Below, one piece after another: positions 26,501 to 40,639 of a stretch of DNA of 64,000 bases. The notes below the pieces were generated by a model that saw nothing but the letters and a program-made list of their open reading frames with translations, was not told where the DNA came from and ran no database searches. The stretch is taken from contig NW_024704742.1 in the NCBI RefSeq assembly GCF_018977255.1, forward strand, positions 93,870,001 to 93,934,000. The letters run 5' to 3'. Position 1 is the stretch's first letter. Each line of letters begins with the position of its first letter. Origin of the DNA: Callorhinchus milii (taxonomy: Eukaryota). A program made the position numbers and the translations under genes.

Positions 26501-27322
26501 CGGCATTTTATCGCTGTACCCTTTTTTTTATAAAAAAAAGGAATGTCACTCTGTGTTTGTAACTTTGCTGATACGCCATCAGCTGCGATATGAGCATAAT
26601 GCAAGAATAGTTGTTGTATCTAGAAAAGGGATTGTTTAGCTTTGATGAAAAAAATGTCCCTCTATTCTTCCACAGCATAATGGGTTTGGGATGCATTATG
26701 TGAAGGAGAGATTTAACATGCGATTAGAGCATCCAAAGAAGTTCACTGTTTTTCATACCGTGGCGGGGGCTTGCTTTGTGCTCTCACAGTTTCGGGCTTT
26801 ATGAAGAGCTTATGCTGCTCCTTACAGCCCTGTAGATTGCTGTCAGTTTTATGAGTTGCGGTCCTTATAAAAGCGTTTTAACCCCTTCAGGGTGGCACAT
26901 TCCTTGCCAGTTTTTAGAAGAGACACGCCTCATGCATGGTACAGATATGTGTGTTACTGCGACTCTTGGACAGTTAATATAAATAGGATCTCCCCACTGG
27001 AGCATTACCCTTTTATATTTAGAATGACAGTTGTAATTGATTTTGTATCTGAATACTGTTGACTCTGCATGCACACAAGATGGTAATCTAAACTGCTTTC
27101 ATTCACTTAATGTTGCCCTTTTGTGAGCAGTTCTTCCACTGTATAATACACCCAAGTGGACTGTGCAGGAAAGGTGTTCTTGTTTAATTCTCTATGTAAG
27201 TCGTCTCGGGTTAAAAAAGCAAATCACAAAATCCTGGTCTCATTTGCTTTCATTCTTTCTCCCCCTATAATCTTTTTCTTCCCCCTGTCTCTTCTCCCCC
27301 ACGCTCACTCACCCCTCCCCAG

Positions 27323-27448
27323 GACCGAACCGGAGAATGCCTAAAGAGAACTGGAGCAAGTGTAGCCCTTACCTCCATCAGCAATGTCACTGCCTTCTTC
27401 ATGGCTGCTTTGATACCCATTCCTGCTCTTCGGGCATTTTCCTTGCAG
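27323..27448 (+). CDS. PTCH1: PTCH1 exon 12 (126 nt)
   Basis: ccccag|GAC...TTGCAG|gtaagt; [42 protein letters not shown]. Confidence 0.98.
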
Positions 27449-29735
27449 GTAAGTCAAACAAGTTACTTTTGGTCTCTATCCAGCTAGTTGTTGAGCCAAG
27501 TGCAAACATGGCTTAAAACAAGAGACCTCCCTTAAACCTGCGTGACTATGTGAATCTGTGATTTCAATTGAAACAGGAGCAACCTTTACAGTTCAGTTCT
27601 CCTGTTTAGATGATAACTGTCTCTGTAGCGAGCTGAGAACCACTCACTGTGTTGCATGGTGGCTAGTTGGAGAAATGCATCCAACATTGTCAAATGAATG
27701 GGCTGTTCAGTGTTGAGAATGAGCATGAGGGATGTAGAAGACACCTGTAGTCAGTGGCTTGGAGTTACAGTATTGACACACAGAGAAAAAAGTCTGGTGG
27801 ATGTTTCACAGTTGACATAAATCAATAGTATTTCTTTTCAGCTTGGAGATGCCTGGTGTTTAATGGTATTTTTAATTGAGTACATCAACATGTACGCCAG
27901 AACTATGAACACTGGGAGTGAAATTAATTTGTAAATCATTTAGTGCCACAATGTATATTTTTTACAGCCGCCTATCTTAGCTAAATGAACGCTGTCGTTC
28001 AAAATAGTGTTTGCTATTTATTGCAAAACTGCTTTGAAATGAACTGCTTTCTTCAAACTCGACTTCGGATTGACAGGGCCCTGGATTGAACCCAGCTCAC
28101 GCAAAACCAATTCATTCATGCTGATCCCGGCTCAAAGCCCGCATTGTAAATGTGTGCAAAAAAACTGCATTTGATCTTTAAGAAATAAATGAGTCTTGGT
28201 TTTGAGTGCTCTCCTTCCGAAGCCAAAAGCAACAAACGATAAAGAGTTGCAGGAGGAGGAGGAGGAGATGGTGGAGGCAAGCCGATATTGGGGAGATCAA
28301 GAAGGATCTTATTCATTTTCAGATCGCTCACTGAAGGGGTAATTGCTTCAGCTTAACATGGAGACAATTTATGAGGTCAGCTGACCTCTGTGAAATGCGA
28401 TAAACTGTACAATTTCAGAAGAGTAATTTTGCTTTTCGTAACCTGTGCCTCCACTCATTTTTCATGCTGCTTGACCTGCAACCTCCCGAGAGGAAGTAAA
28501 GGGTTGTAATTTTACTTGATACCTGGGTTAATAATTACGGTGACGAGATAGAACCCTGAAGTCTCTGCTTTGAAGCTGGGATGGACTGCAAATTTTGTTA
28601 CAGTAATAGTTGATCTAAATAGAGACAATGACACAATGCTGTGAAAACCATATTTTATCTTTTAAAAAAATTGACAAATGGGGGAAGGAAGGAATACAAA
28701 TTTACTGGAGCAAATATTCATCCAGTCATTTCTCTTAGTGGTACTGTATCTGGTTAATGCACTTGAGTTCCTAAGATATCTGCTTAGGCCAAGTGGAGTA
28801 TTTTCCTTCATCATATGTTTTTAACACTGGATTGAACTTTAAATACATTTAAATAACCTTGTCCTGTTTTTTTTTTATTTTATAAACTTTTATTTTTTTC
28901 ACCAGCAATTTGATTTTGGATTTTACAACAAAAAAAAACAACCCTGTTGATTAATGTGTATAAAAAGGGAGTTGGCTTTGACCTTTTCCTTAAGACAGTG
29001 TGAGATAATTATCAAAGGGCACATGTCTTCTGAGGCCCTGTATCTGTAAAGCAATCCAGGCGCTGAGGGAGAATAAATGATTTCCTGATTAGCTCTTACA
29101 AACAGCAAAGTCTGCTTTCAGTCTTGCATGCCAGCGGTTTCTTCTTTCCTTTTCTTTTCTGCTGTTTTGCCTGGAATTTTTGGCATAGTTTTCTCCTCTG
29201 AATTGTCGGTTGTGCAACGAATCTAGATTTGATCAGCTCTCGGTGTCACAGTTGACAAACAGCATGGCACTGGATATTAAGGTAATCAGATCTAAGTGGG
29301 TAGTTTTGTGGAACTGGCACAGGCCCGAACAGGAGAATTAGTTGTAGCGCTTTTGAAACCGAGCAATTTTTATATGATAAAATATAGAATGAATAGGTTT
29401 CTTTGGAAAACATTACAGTGTTAGTGAAAGAGGGGTGAACATAAACGACAATCCCTGGCACGGTTACAGCTGATTGAATAAGTGCAGTGAATGGCCTCTT
29501 TACACCCCTCCCTCCCCAATTCCTTAACCTCTGCAGACCCTGCCTTGGTTGTATGACAAATGGAGTTTGGCTCTGAAGAAAAGCTGTTTGCAGCAGTTCA
29601 GAGCCGGGTATTGAAAAGGACAACAAAGGAAGATCTGGCCCGAGTTGCAGGCAGGCAGAAGTAAGGTGGGAACTGCAGATGACAGGCCTCATCATCTGCT
29701 CATCACCTCTGGCTATGCAGTACACCCATGCTCCC

Positions 29736-29744
29736 TGGGTGGTC
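29736..29744 (-). promoter_or_regulatory. Consensus GLI site GACCACCCA (TGGGTGGTC on +), intron 12
   Basis: Exact 9/9 match; PTCH1 is an established direct GLI target. Confidence 0.55.
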
Positions 29745-30736
29745 TAACAGGAATGGCGCATACAGCATATACCTTAGGCTGGGCCCCAACCAACCAGTCA
29801 CGCTGGCTTCTCCCTGCACGCCTCATGCACAGCTTTTCATTCCTTTTAACTTTAGGATTGAGCAGCTAGTTTTCCCTACATCAAACTTACTGATGATAGC
29901 TTGTTTGAATTATTTGACTTTTAAACACAAGGTAACAAAGATGCCAACAAATGGGGGGGAAAAACACAGCACACTTTAATCTACCCAGTCCACAAATGCT
30001 TCTGAATTTGTTGTGTTCTTTGAAGTGTACTTTTTAAAGTGTTTTGCATCCCCAGAAATTTTGCTTTCTTTGAATTAGCGCAGAAAAAAAGTGTTTAAAA
30101 GAAACACATTTTCTTAAGCGTTCAAGAATTTACTGCGTGTAAAGATATATTTCAAAATCAATTTATTTATGACTTTCGGCTTGACTTGATATGAGTTTTT
30201 GAACTGTTCCGTTGCATTGCTGCTAGGTTGAAATGTTATGAGTGCAACCTAGTGTACACTACCTAAGGAGCGCAGAAGAAATTAATATGTAGGAGAAGTG
30301 GAGAGAAATTCCACCAGAGTTTAGAGTTGTAGCATTTAGAATATTCAAAATTGTTGAATTTGGTCTTAACTTTGAGGCCATTTTCTGTAGGTTTTAAAAG
30401 AACTTACAGAACCATAGAAATTGGTATTTGTGCTGGTTCTTTTAAAGTGCATCTTTTTGAAAATTAATTTCAACATTAAGGCCGTATTTAAGAATTTGCC
30501 AAAGCAAATTCCTTTCTGGCCTAAAGGGTCTCGCAATGATAGCGACTCAGAGTCACTTACAGGCAGGAATTGTCAGCACATCATGGCCGAATGCAAGTTC
30601 TATGCAGATTTTCTTTCATTTGTCCGAATGTAAGTTGCTAGATGTAAAGAGGATCATAAAAGTGCCCTGCCAAGTCCCGAGCATTAGCTCCCCCCGAAAG
30701 TATTGCAAACAAACATGGAAAATTTTGAATTCTTAA

Positions 30737-30982
<246 letters not shown>

Positions 30983-31777
30983 TAAGGCCCCAGTGATAAG
31001 CTCACTTGTGTGAATCTCCAAAGGGTTTGTGTGTCGGATAAATGAATGAAGCCTGCGACATTCGGGTACTGTTCTCTTTACTCTTGAAAAGAGGGATGCG
31101 AATGAGCTTTATGGCTTTTTTTGATTAGATAATTTACTGGAAGCGGGATTGTTTGAAGAGCAATAAACTCACTTGGCCACTGAAAAACTACAAGATAAAT
31201 CAGAAAGTTATGGTCTGTGGGCGACCGTTACAGATTTTCCCATGGATTTTGGCAGAACTGAATAATTCCATTCATATTTAAATGCTTGAAGTTGTCATTC
31301 TGTTTTACAAAATGCATGTTAATGCTGATTTTAAAGGTTCACAGGATTCCATGCTGGTCCACTCCGTTACCTTTTGGTGCTTGTGATAACAAGATCGAGA
31401 TCGGTTGTGTAAAGTAGGAATGCAGGGCAGTGGCTGGGATTGGAAGGAGCTACCTGCAGCTCTTAACTAAGTCTCTCTCCATAACAGAGCCAGTTTGAGC
31501 CTAGAGGCTATGGCTGATTGTAAACTTAACTGAAATCCACCCACTACAATCTTAGCCTCTTCCCAACCCCAGTAGAACAAAGCCTGTTTTTTTTGTTGCC
31601 TTCATAGTGGCAATGTATTTCTTAAAAAAAAACATAAAGGCATATTAAACAATATGCAGAATTATTTCTAAACCACATATTAAAAAGAAATCAGAGTTTT
31701 GCATTTAATTTTCCTCCTCTTTAGATCAAATTACTTCATCTTAGACTCCATCCTACCCAGCTTGGCTCTGTTTCCTC

Positions 31778-31875
31778 CTGTGGTTGAATAGCCTGCTGAC
31801 ACTCACTGTCAAACCGCACACATGAATAATAGCCTCTTGGGAAAGGTACCCATGAAGCCTTATTCCAGTAGAACG
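31778..31875 (+). repeat. Family X fragment
   Basis: GGTTGAATAGCCTGCTGACACTCACTGTC. Confidence 0.55.
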
Positions 31876-32061
31876 GGGAATTTGTGTGTGTGTGTGGTGG
31901 GGGGGGGGGGGGGGGCGCGGGGATAAAATGAGTCAAAACTCAAGGGAGAAAAATTGGCAGGAAGGAAAAAAACTGATAGTAGTAATAAGGCAGTCAGAGG
32001 ATTACAAGGCGTGAGAATGTTGGAGACTGCTACAGATTGCTTTCTCTATTGTTTCTTCCAG

Positions 32062-32467
32062 TCCTTGTGCCAACAGAGTGATTCAGATTGAGCCACAAGT
32101 ATATACAGACACCAATGACAACCACCCCTACCAGCCTCCGCCACCTTACACCAGCCAAAACTTTACTCATGAGACCCAAATCACCATGCAGTCTACAGTC
32201 CAGCTAAGGACAGAATATGATCCACGAACCCAGGCATATTACACGACGGCTGAGCCTCGCTCAGAGATATCCGTGCAGCCAGTCACCCCCATTGCACAGG
32301 ATTCACTCAGGACTCAGACCCCGGAGACTGCCAGCTCAACACGGGACCTTCTCTCCCAGTTTACAGACCCTAACAGTCAATGTGTGGAACCACCCTGCTC
32401 TAAATGGACTCTCTCTTCTTTTGCTGAGAAGCATTACGCTCCACTGTTGCTGAAGCCCACTACGAAG
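32062..32467 (+). CDS. PTCH1: PTCH1 exon 14 (406 nt), cytoplasmic middle loop with PPPY
   Basis: ttccag|TCCT...ACGAAG|gtgagt; [12 protein letters not shown]...[11 protein letters not shown]...[22 protein letters not shown]. Confidence 0.97.
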
Positions 32468-33402
32468 GTGAGTGGTGGAGATAGCCCTTCACCTTGGTTG
32501 TATTGTTGCCAGGAATTGAAGTGATACTAACAAGCACGGTCAAAAGAAAGCTATACCACAGTCATCCTGCCAGAAAGATAAAACCTCTGCTAATGTACCA
32601 TAAGTCCGAGAGTGAATTCCTTAATTCAAAATGCCATCATTTCACGAGCACAGCTCACCAGATTTGACTAACGTTAATAACGCTTGCATATTATTCCTTT
32701 CTCCCATGTTTATTTAAAAATGAACCAGTAACTATTTCCACTTCACAGCAGTAGTCAGTTTGCAGTTAAAATTCACTGTTCACATCAACAGCCAGCCCCT
32801 CAACACTGGACATCTGTGGTGTTCCACGTGTGCGGTTGTTTCCATTTCTGCCATCACTTCTTCGGATCCTGTACCACTGAGCCGGCATTCCCAGGCTAGA
32901 TCAGACCTTTGACTATATGAACTCAGTTCTGAATTATCCTGCAAAAATTAAATGCGCCATTATAGGGGTCGAATGTGTGCCGTTCACTGAAGAAAATTGA
33001 TCTTTACCCCCTGAGCTCTAGAAGCAGAAGTTGTTTCTTCAAGCAGGCCCATTTTAAACTAGCCATCCAATCTAATACTTTCAGATTGTTTCATCCTTGT
33101 GAAATGATTGCACTTGGATTCAGGTGGTAGTATTTTCTTTTAGTGCGCAGGCTAAAAGCCCACTTTGTAACTGCAGTGAAATAATTATAAAATGATGTCT
33201 GCTCACAGCCACACTATTTGTCAGAATCCTGTATCCATTAACAGCGGTGCTGATTCATTCCTCATTAGGTCATTTGTTTGGGTTATGATCAAGTGTTTTC
33301 TTAGCTAATTGGATTTAATCTTATCCAGGTTCCTGTGTGTTTGAGCGCTGCAAATCTCGTTTCTGCAGTTGAACTGACTGTTCGCTTTTCTTCATGTCAC
33401 AG

Positions 33403-33715
33403 ATTGTGGTCATATTTCTTTTTCTGGGTTTACTTGGGGTCAGCCTCTACGGGACAACAACAGTCAGAGACGGACTGGATCTCACCGACATTGTGCCTCG
33501 GGATACCCGCGAATATGACTTTATTGCAGCACAGTTTAAATACTTCTCTTTCTACAACATGTACATTGTAACTAAACAAGAAGTGGACTACCCGAACTCT
33601 CAGCGTTTGCTGTATTACCTCCACAAGAGCTTCAGTGATGTCAAATTCATTTTGCTGGAAGAAAATGGAGACCTTCCAAGAATGTGGCTGCACTATTTTC
33701 ATGACTGGTTGCGAG
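33403..33715 (+). CDS. PTCH1: PTCH1 exon 15 (313 nt)
   Basis: tcacag|ATT...GCGAG|gtaaga; [33 protein letters not shown]...[11 protein letters not shown]. Confidence 0.97.
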
Positions 33716-34716
33716 GTAAGAAGAGAACTCTTTTCATTTTTTCAGCAAGCTGAAAATTCCTATTCAAAAAATGATTGTAAAGCCACTAAATATTGTGCAT
33801 GTTTATTTTAAATAATAAAAACTAAGTTTTTTTTGATAAACAGCCTCTCGGTGGCCACCAGCAGGGAATTGTGAATGTATATTTGTTAGCTTGTTGTTGA
33901 CAGTAAATAAACGAGTTTGACAGAATCGGTATTATGTTGATGTGCATTGTTGTTGGGAATCTTCTTGGAATAATGGGGCCTAATTTTCAGCATTTCATAC
34001 TGGAACTCCTTGGACTGATCCAGTCTAACTGACATCTTTATTAAAAATTTTGTACTGCAAGATGAACAATGGGAATTTGCATTGCAAAACCCAGCAGGTA
34101 GCATGAACCATGTCAGTAAAGTGCGCTGCAGTTGGTCTTGGTGCTGGCTGGACTGTGGGTGGGGAACATTTTGAGAGCAGATTTTGTTCTTCATTGCCAG
34201 ACACTGCAATGGCCTGCAATTAATATTAACGGTAGATACAGTTGAAATTGAAAGCTGTTCTATAGAAGCTAGGATTCAAAAAATCAAACCTGTCCATAAG
34301 TTAAAATCCAACATGGCAACAAATTAACTTAATATTGTTTTTTAAGCTTGCTGCAGTGCATTATGTTTTAGTTTGGTGTCTACAGGTCTGCGAGGGAGGT
34401 TTTCCTCTAACCTCTCTCTGTCTCTCTTTTCAAATGTAAACCTCTGCCCAGAGATTCATTCACATCCCTGCCATTCAGACGAGGATAAAAGCAACCACAG
34501 ATTCTGTCCTTGTATGAATTATAACATGACATACCACATGTTTCCACCCAAGGTTTTTTTTCAGGGTATTATTACTTCATTTGGTGAAAAGGTTGAGATT
34601 AAACACCAAAAACATTAACGTTGATACACAATGGTATATCCTTGGGATATACCAGCTGCCCTTTGATTTATTTAAGGCAGGAAGCAAATGCAAAACTTTG
34701 ATACGCCTCCATTGTA

Positions 34717-35042
34717 GTAATAATAATAATCCTTGCATCTGATATAGTGCTTTTCATGTCAAGAGGATGTCTCAAATCACTTCATGGGATTTACTAAAAA
34801 GCATAGTGACTATGAATTTTGTAGATGAATGCGGCAGCCAATTTACACACAGCAATGTCTAGGAAACAGCCACAAAGCAAGTGATCAATTTTATCTGGAG
34901 ATTGTTGGCCGGGAGAACAGGAGCAACTAAACTCCCTTCTCTTTTTAAATAGTGCTATAAGATCTTTAATGTCTAATTGAACAGACAAATGGGATGTTGC
35001 ATTAATGTCTCACCTGTAGGGCTGTATCTCTGACACTGCAGC
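34717..35042 (-). mobile_element. Deu-domain SINE
   Basis: Reverse-complement similarity to 15953-16152 plus the SINE tail. Confidence 0.75.
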
Positions 35043-37039
35043 TCATTGACAATTTATTGCCATCCTGTGTGCTCCAATCTGAGTTTTCTTGTTGAAATAT
35101 AGTGGACGCTGGAGGTTGATCATATGAAACCGTGTGAATGGCTTTGTTTGTTTTTGCAGGCTTTTTGACGGTAGGTAGTTGTGGCAGTAGGTGTTTGTGT
35201 TGATGGGCTGCCAGACAATCCAGTTGCAAGATCATTATTCAGGGAAGCCAAGTTTTGACAAGCATGAGTACAGACCGAGGCCACACTCAGTGTAGGGCTT
35301 TGAACTCACTGAGGTGGTATTTACAAATTGGTTCCTCTTCATTCCAAGGCAGGTCTGGGAATGTGCATCAAGTTTGGCAGGTGTGTGTGTGTTTTCTTGG
35401 AGTTCAATGCACATTGCTTCAAAGCACTTTGTTTTAGTTTGGTGTCTGCTGTTCTACGTGGGAGTTTTTCCTCTTCCTTCTCCTCTTCTCTCCTCTTTCC
35501 CTCCCCCTCTCCCTCTTAAACTCGACGGTGAGAGCTGAGGCCTCAGGCGATGCCATTTGTGTGCCTGGCTTTAGCCTTATCTCCTTACAGCTGTAGTTAA
35601 CCTATCAGATCTGTAATGATGGTTTTGATTACAACCTCAGAGCAGCTGTGAGGTGGGTCTAAACTCCGGGGTATGTGGTTTGTCATGTGCTCGCACAGAG
35701 CCTCGTTGTAAAGGAGCTGCTGCTTCCTGTTCCAAATCTGATCCAAATTACCTGCTTGGAACAGCTAGTGATCTTCCATGTTTTTTTTAGAAGGCAGCAG
35801 AGGAAAATCGCAGTTGAGAATGAATAGGTGTTGGCTGTGATCTTTACATGTGCTGGCAGCAGATCTCACGACTTGTAAAGTGCTGCCCAACTCAAACAGA
35901 TGGAATGAATTGAGGACATAGTGCTAACTCACACTGTGTTTGTGGAATGGCTTCGATGCTTTTCTTTTTTAACTACAGACTGCTTTCACCCCCATGTTGG
36001 GTGCATTTTCTACCAGTATGCTTTCTGGCAGAATTTATGTCATTTCACTGAGTGCAAAGTTTGCCTTGAATGTACTGTACCTACTGTACAGTACTACACT
36101 GTACTTCATATTTATCAATTGCATTCAGTTAAAATACTTTTTAGAAAAAAATATAAAAAGTGAACTGTACGCTTAAATATACTTAATTTGCAGCATTGCA
36201 GTGAGGTGAAACTGAATTTTGTTCTGTGGCTATTACATTACATAGCCTATTTTTCACCCCCAGTTTATGTACTTTAGTAATAATTGCTGTCTTGAAGAAA
36301 ATTTTGCCGATCTGCAATCTTTTTTGTTTTTTTCTACAAGTTTCAAATTCAGCAACTACTTTTATTTTCTTATGTTATTTTTATTTTGTTGATGTTGTTA
36401 ATTTTCCTAAATTTTTGTAAGATTCTGCTCAAGAGGGTGGATAATAACCTGCTCATAGACTGTCTCTTAGGCTCATTCTACTCTTGTGACCAATCAATAG
36501 GGGGCAGACATGAGCAAATCACGTTGTGTGGGATATCCAGGCACTGAGTAGCTCATTCACAGTTTAGTTTGCATATTCTTAAGCATGATGATGGGTTTCC
36601 GGATGGGTCAGACATACGGCTGACCAAACAAAATAATACAAATAATTTGACATCTGCAACTTTCTCAAATACAGGCTGTACTACTGTAATTGCTAAATCA
36701 GCTACTAAAATAACATAACCACATGTAAACTATTTGACATTTTCCTGCATAAATCGCAAATTATGATTTAGATAATTAAGATTAAAGTTTATTAATAGCT
36801 GATATTAATGATTTAATAATAGCTCTTTTACTACTAATAATAATCATTGCATGTAATGTAGTACCTTTCACTTCAAGAGAATGTTTCGAAAGAGTTTCAT
36901 AGGATTTAATGTATAGCGAGTGTGTTTTGTTCCACAAACAGCCATGGAATATGAATTAATCCTATATTCTGTAATTACTAAATTCTTTAATTTTGAAAAA
37001 AGGTCATTGGACACCATACAACCTAAAAAACGTTTACTT

Positions 37040-37400
37040 TTTTCCTTCGATTTTCCCTGTCACTCCTCCTCTCTTGAAGGTGGTACTTCCCGCTGGGTAT
37101 AATTCCATATGTGGCACTGGTTACCCTCAGATACCTTATCCAAGTCGCCCCTTTCCCTGTTAACAGCCTGAACAATGAGACTCAGCAGAATCCTTGACCA
37201 TGGGAAGCATTAGAGCTGAGCTGATCCTGTCCTCACCTCGTGTTCACACGTGTGATCTCCAGCTGAGCTTGCTGGATGGCAATCCGGACAGAAACTCTTG
37301 GCAATCTTTTCCCTCCTTCGTACTGAAGCTAATTGTTTATGCCCACTGCAACACTGGCTGATCTCAGTTAACTCAGATGATGAATAGTAAGAATGCATCT
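37040..37400 (-). repeat. Family X copy
   Basis: CAGCCTGAACAATGAGACTCAGCAG...CTGATCCTGTCCTCACC. Confidence 0.6.
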
Positions 37401-37757
37401 CCATGGTCTCCTTGGTCCCCCAAATTATGTACAGCCGCAGCATCACTTGGTGTCAGACATTGATCCCACAAACGGTTTCTATTTACCAAAAATCAGAGTC
37501 CGATTACTGCTGATCAATCGTCCTTACCCTTGAACATTCCCCAACATATAAACGCGAGCATGCACACATGAACACTCAGGTACACACGTGAATACGCACA
37601 TACATGTGAACAGGCACGCACACTTCAATTATTGTGGTGCACATTACTTGTGCTGTAATATTAGTATTTAAATTGTAATGATACATGAAATGTAATCACT
37701 GCTTTGGTGTTCTGCATTGTGCTATTTACAAAACATTTCAACTTCCTATCTGCTTAG

Positions 37758-37900
37758 GCCTGCAAGACTCCTTCGACCGGGAATGGCAAGCTGGGAAGAT
37801 CACTTACAACAACTACAAAAATGGGTCGGATGATGGTGTTCTTGCCTATAAGTTGCTGGTTCAGACCGGCAACAGGGACAAACCTATCGACTTAAGTCAG
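37758..37900 (+). CDS. PTCH1: PTCH1 exon 16 (143 nt)
   Basis: gcttag|GCCTG...AGTCAG|gtacaa; [47 protein letters not shown]. Confidence 0.97.
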
Positions 37901-39311
37901 GTACAAGCTTTGTAAAGAATTCAACTGGCTGTGCTAGGAAATACGGTGCTTATTTTCTTGCTGAAAATCTAGAAATTAGCCAAATGGCTTCTGTCCTCTG
38001 AGTTGAAAAGTGCAATCCAAATTTCCTCTTGACGTTTTCAACGGCTTCTCTTGTAGTGATACATAAGGTCTGCACATGGCTTGTGCACACGGGGTTACAG
38101 ATCTACAAATTTTTATTGTCTGCATCCATTAGGAACGTGAAGCCTCAATGGAAATGGTAGTGAGCGCTGAAAAAAAGCAATTAGTCCTCGCTCAGGCCAT
38201 TTGTCTATTTTTTTCCCTTTTTCTGGCAGAATACCATCAATAATGTTCTGGGGGAGAGATCTGCTTATTCTCCACCGTGCTCGCCATATTCGAGATGACA
38301 GTTTTACAGAGTACATTGTTCAAGTTATTATGTGGTGTAAAACATATTACTTTACTGCAGACTACAGCGGGCCAGTTAACACTGAAAGAATTAAGACACA
38401 ATCGCTGATTTAGAGTTGCCCTGGATGAGTATATAGTGTAGTCAGCTTTCAAATACAGTAGTTTGTTCTTTGCCAGGTGTAACTTGTGGGACCAGTGTCA
38501 GACTGTAACTTCTTATGTAATTTCCTGTGCCTGGGAGGGAGAAAAGTGTGCCATGCCCACAGGGGTTGCTCCCCGCACTGTTCAATTCCAAAGACAGCTG
38601 AAGACATACAGTTGCTGAGTATCCCATGCATTAATTGAATCCAGAGCCTGGAAATCAAACCTCTTTTTTTCATGCTGCTGTCACAGTTTGTGTTTTACTT
38701 CATTCAAAAAAGAGACCTGAAATGGGAGCAGGGCCAGTGTTGTTTTTTTTTTAAAAAGTGCATATTTTCCATACATTTAATTTCCTTTTTTTTAAAAAAA
38801 TGCATATTTTGGCTGTTTCTTCTTTTCTCTTCAGTTTCTTCCCCCAACCCCCCTCCCGCACTTTTGCCTTCCCCTCCCCCACCGTGAACTAAGCAGGATC
38901 GCGCTCCTGTCTGTTTCTTGGCGTGGTGCATTTTCCGAATATACATAGGTCAGGAGAAGCAAGTGCTAGCAAAATTTGTACAGATGTTGTTTTATTTTTA
39001 TAGCTCTCCTCCATTTGCTGGGTGGCATTTCCTTCAGTGTTAACAACAGAGGTTAACTGCACACAGACGTGCACAGGGACTCTTGCCAAATTTTCTTTCC
39101 TTTTTTTGTATTCTTAGGCTAACTGTAGTGTCGTTCCTTTTTTTTGTACAAGGAACATTAAGAAAAAATTGCTTAAATTTGTCAGCGAAAGGACTTATCC
39201 GAAAACAAACTACTTGGTTATGTTTTCAGTAACATCTTCAAGAGAAAACTTGGTTGAGATTTGTTGCCTTTGCACTATTGAAGCAAGATCACTTGGCCAT
39301 TTGTAACATGA

Positions 39312-39608
<297 letters not shown>

Positions 39609-40639
39609 TAGACGGTTCCAAGGCGTTGATCTTCCCTCCATTGGATGGCAATGTTACACACTCCCATTTCTTCATCAGATGGCTGTTTGGACTCACTGCT
39701 CTAATGGTTATAAATTGCACCATACCTCAATTGCAGATGCATTTGTGAGATTTAAGAATAAAGTTACTCAGACTAATTTCTGCAGCTAAATGAAGTTAAC
39801 ACAGTAGAAAGGCCAATATCTGTATCAACTTGGACATGTGAACATGATGAAGGAACAGGTCATCACACAAAATACAAGCCACTCTTCATTTAACTCGGGT
39901 TTGCTTATAGTGTAAGTGAATTGTACTGAAAGAAGAATCTCCCACTGTCAGTTTAAATACGGACATGAGGAACACTATTGTTATTGGATTATTAAGAATG
40001 ATTATGCGCTTATGAAGGATCTAGTTTTGTGACTATTATTACCTGCAGCTAAAAGGTCATTTTGTGATGCAAAAGCTCTCTTATGTTTTTCTTTTTATTA
40101 ACTGCAAAGTCTATATGACACTTCCACCTCATCCCCCCTTAAAACAAAATGCAATAAAAACAAGGGCGAAAATCTTCCCCATTTATTTTGTTCAACCCTT
40201 TGTTCCCGACCTTGTAATATCTGCCTGCAGTAATATCTGCTGAAAGTCACCCCATAGGTGTCCTTTGCCCTCCCAGGCTGCTCTGTCCTCCTCGCACAAG
40301 ACACGGCAATAGCCACTGTACTCTTGTTCTCAGGTAGTAAACTCTTCTGTGCTATTATTCCCTTCTCTCACTGGGGCAATCGTCCGCTTGGTTAAACGCT
40401 CTCTTTCTGATGCGTTGGTCCTCTTTAACATAACCTTAAACGTCGCCTTCAGAAGGTAACTGAAGATTTGAACTCTGGTTTCTGGGCGTTGGAAGTTGAA
40501 ACATCACGTGGAACCAAACTGTTCCCTGTTGTTGCAATTTTCTCTGGTATTTCGCTTACAATTGTCCACGTTTTCACTAAAAATATCGGGCACCTCGGAT
40601 TAGTACAGACGCAAAGAGTTAATAACTAATTCTTATTTT

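Noticed and set aside
29246..29725. 159-aa antisense ORF in intron 12
   Set aside because: No recognisable domain or exon structure; length is compatible with chance in a 64-kb six-frame scan.
33851..33870. CTCF-like GGCCACCAGCAGGG (also CCACTAGGAGGC at 2339)
   Set aside because: Only partial matches; cannot be supported without PWM or ChIP data.
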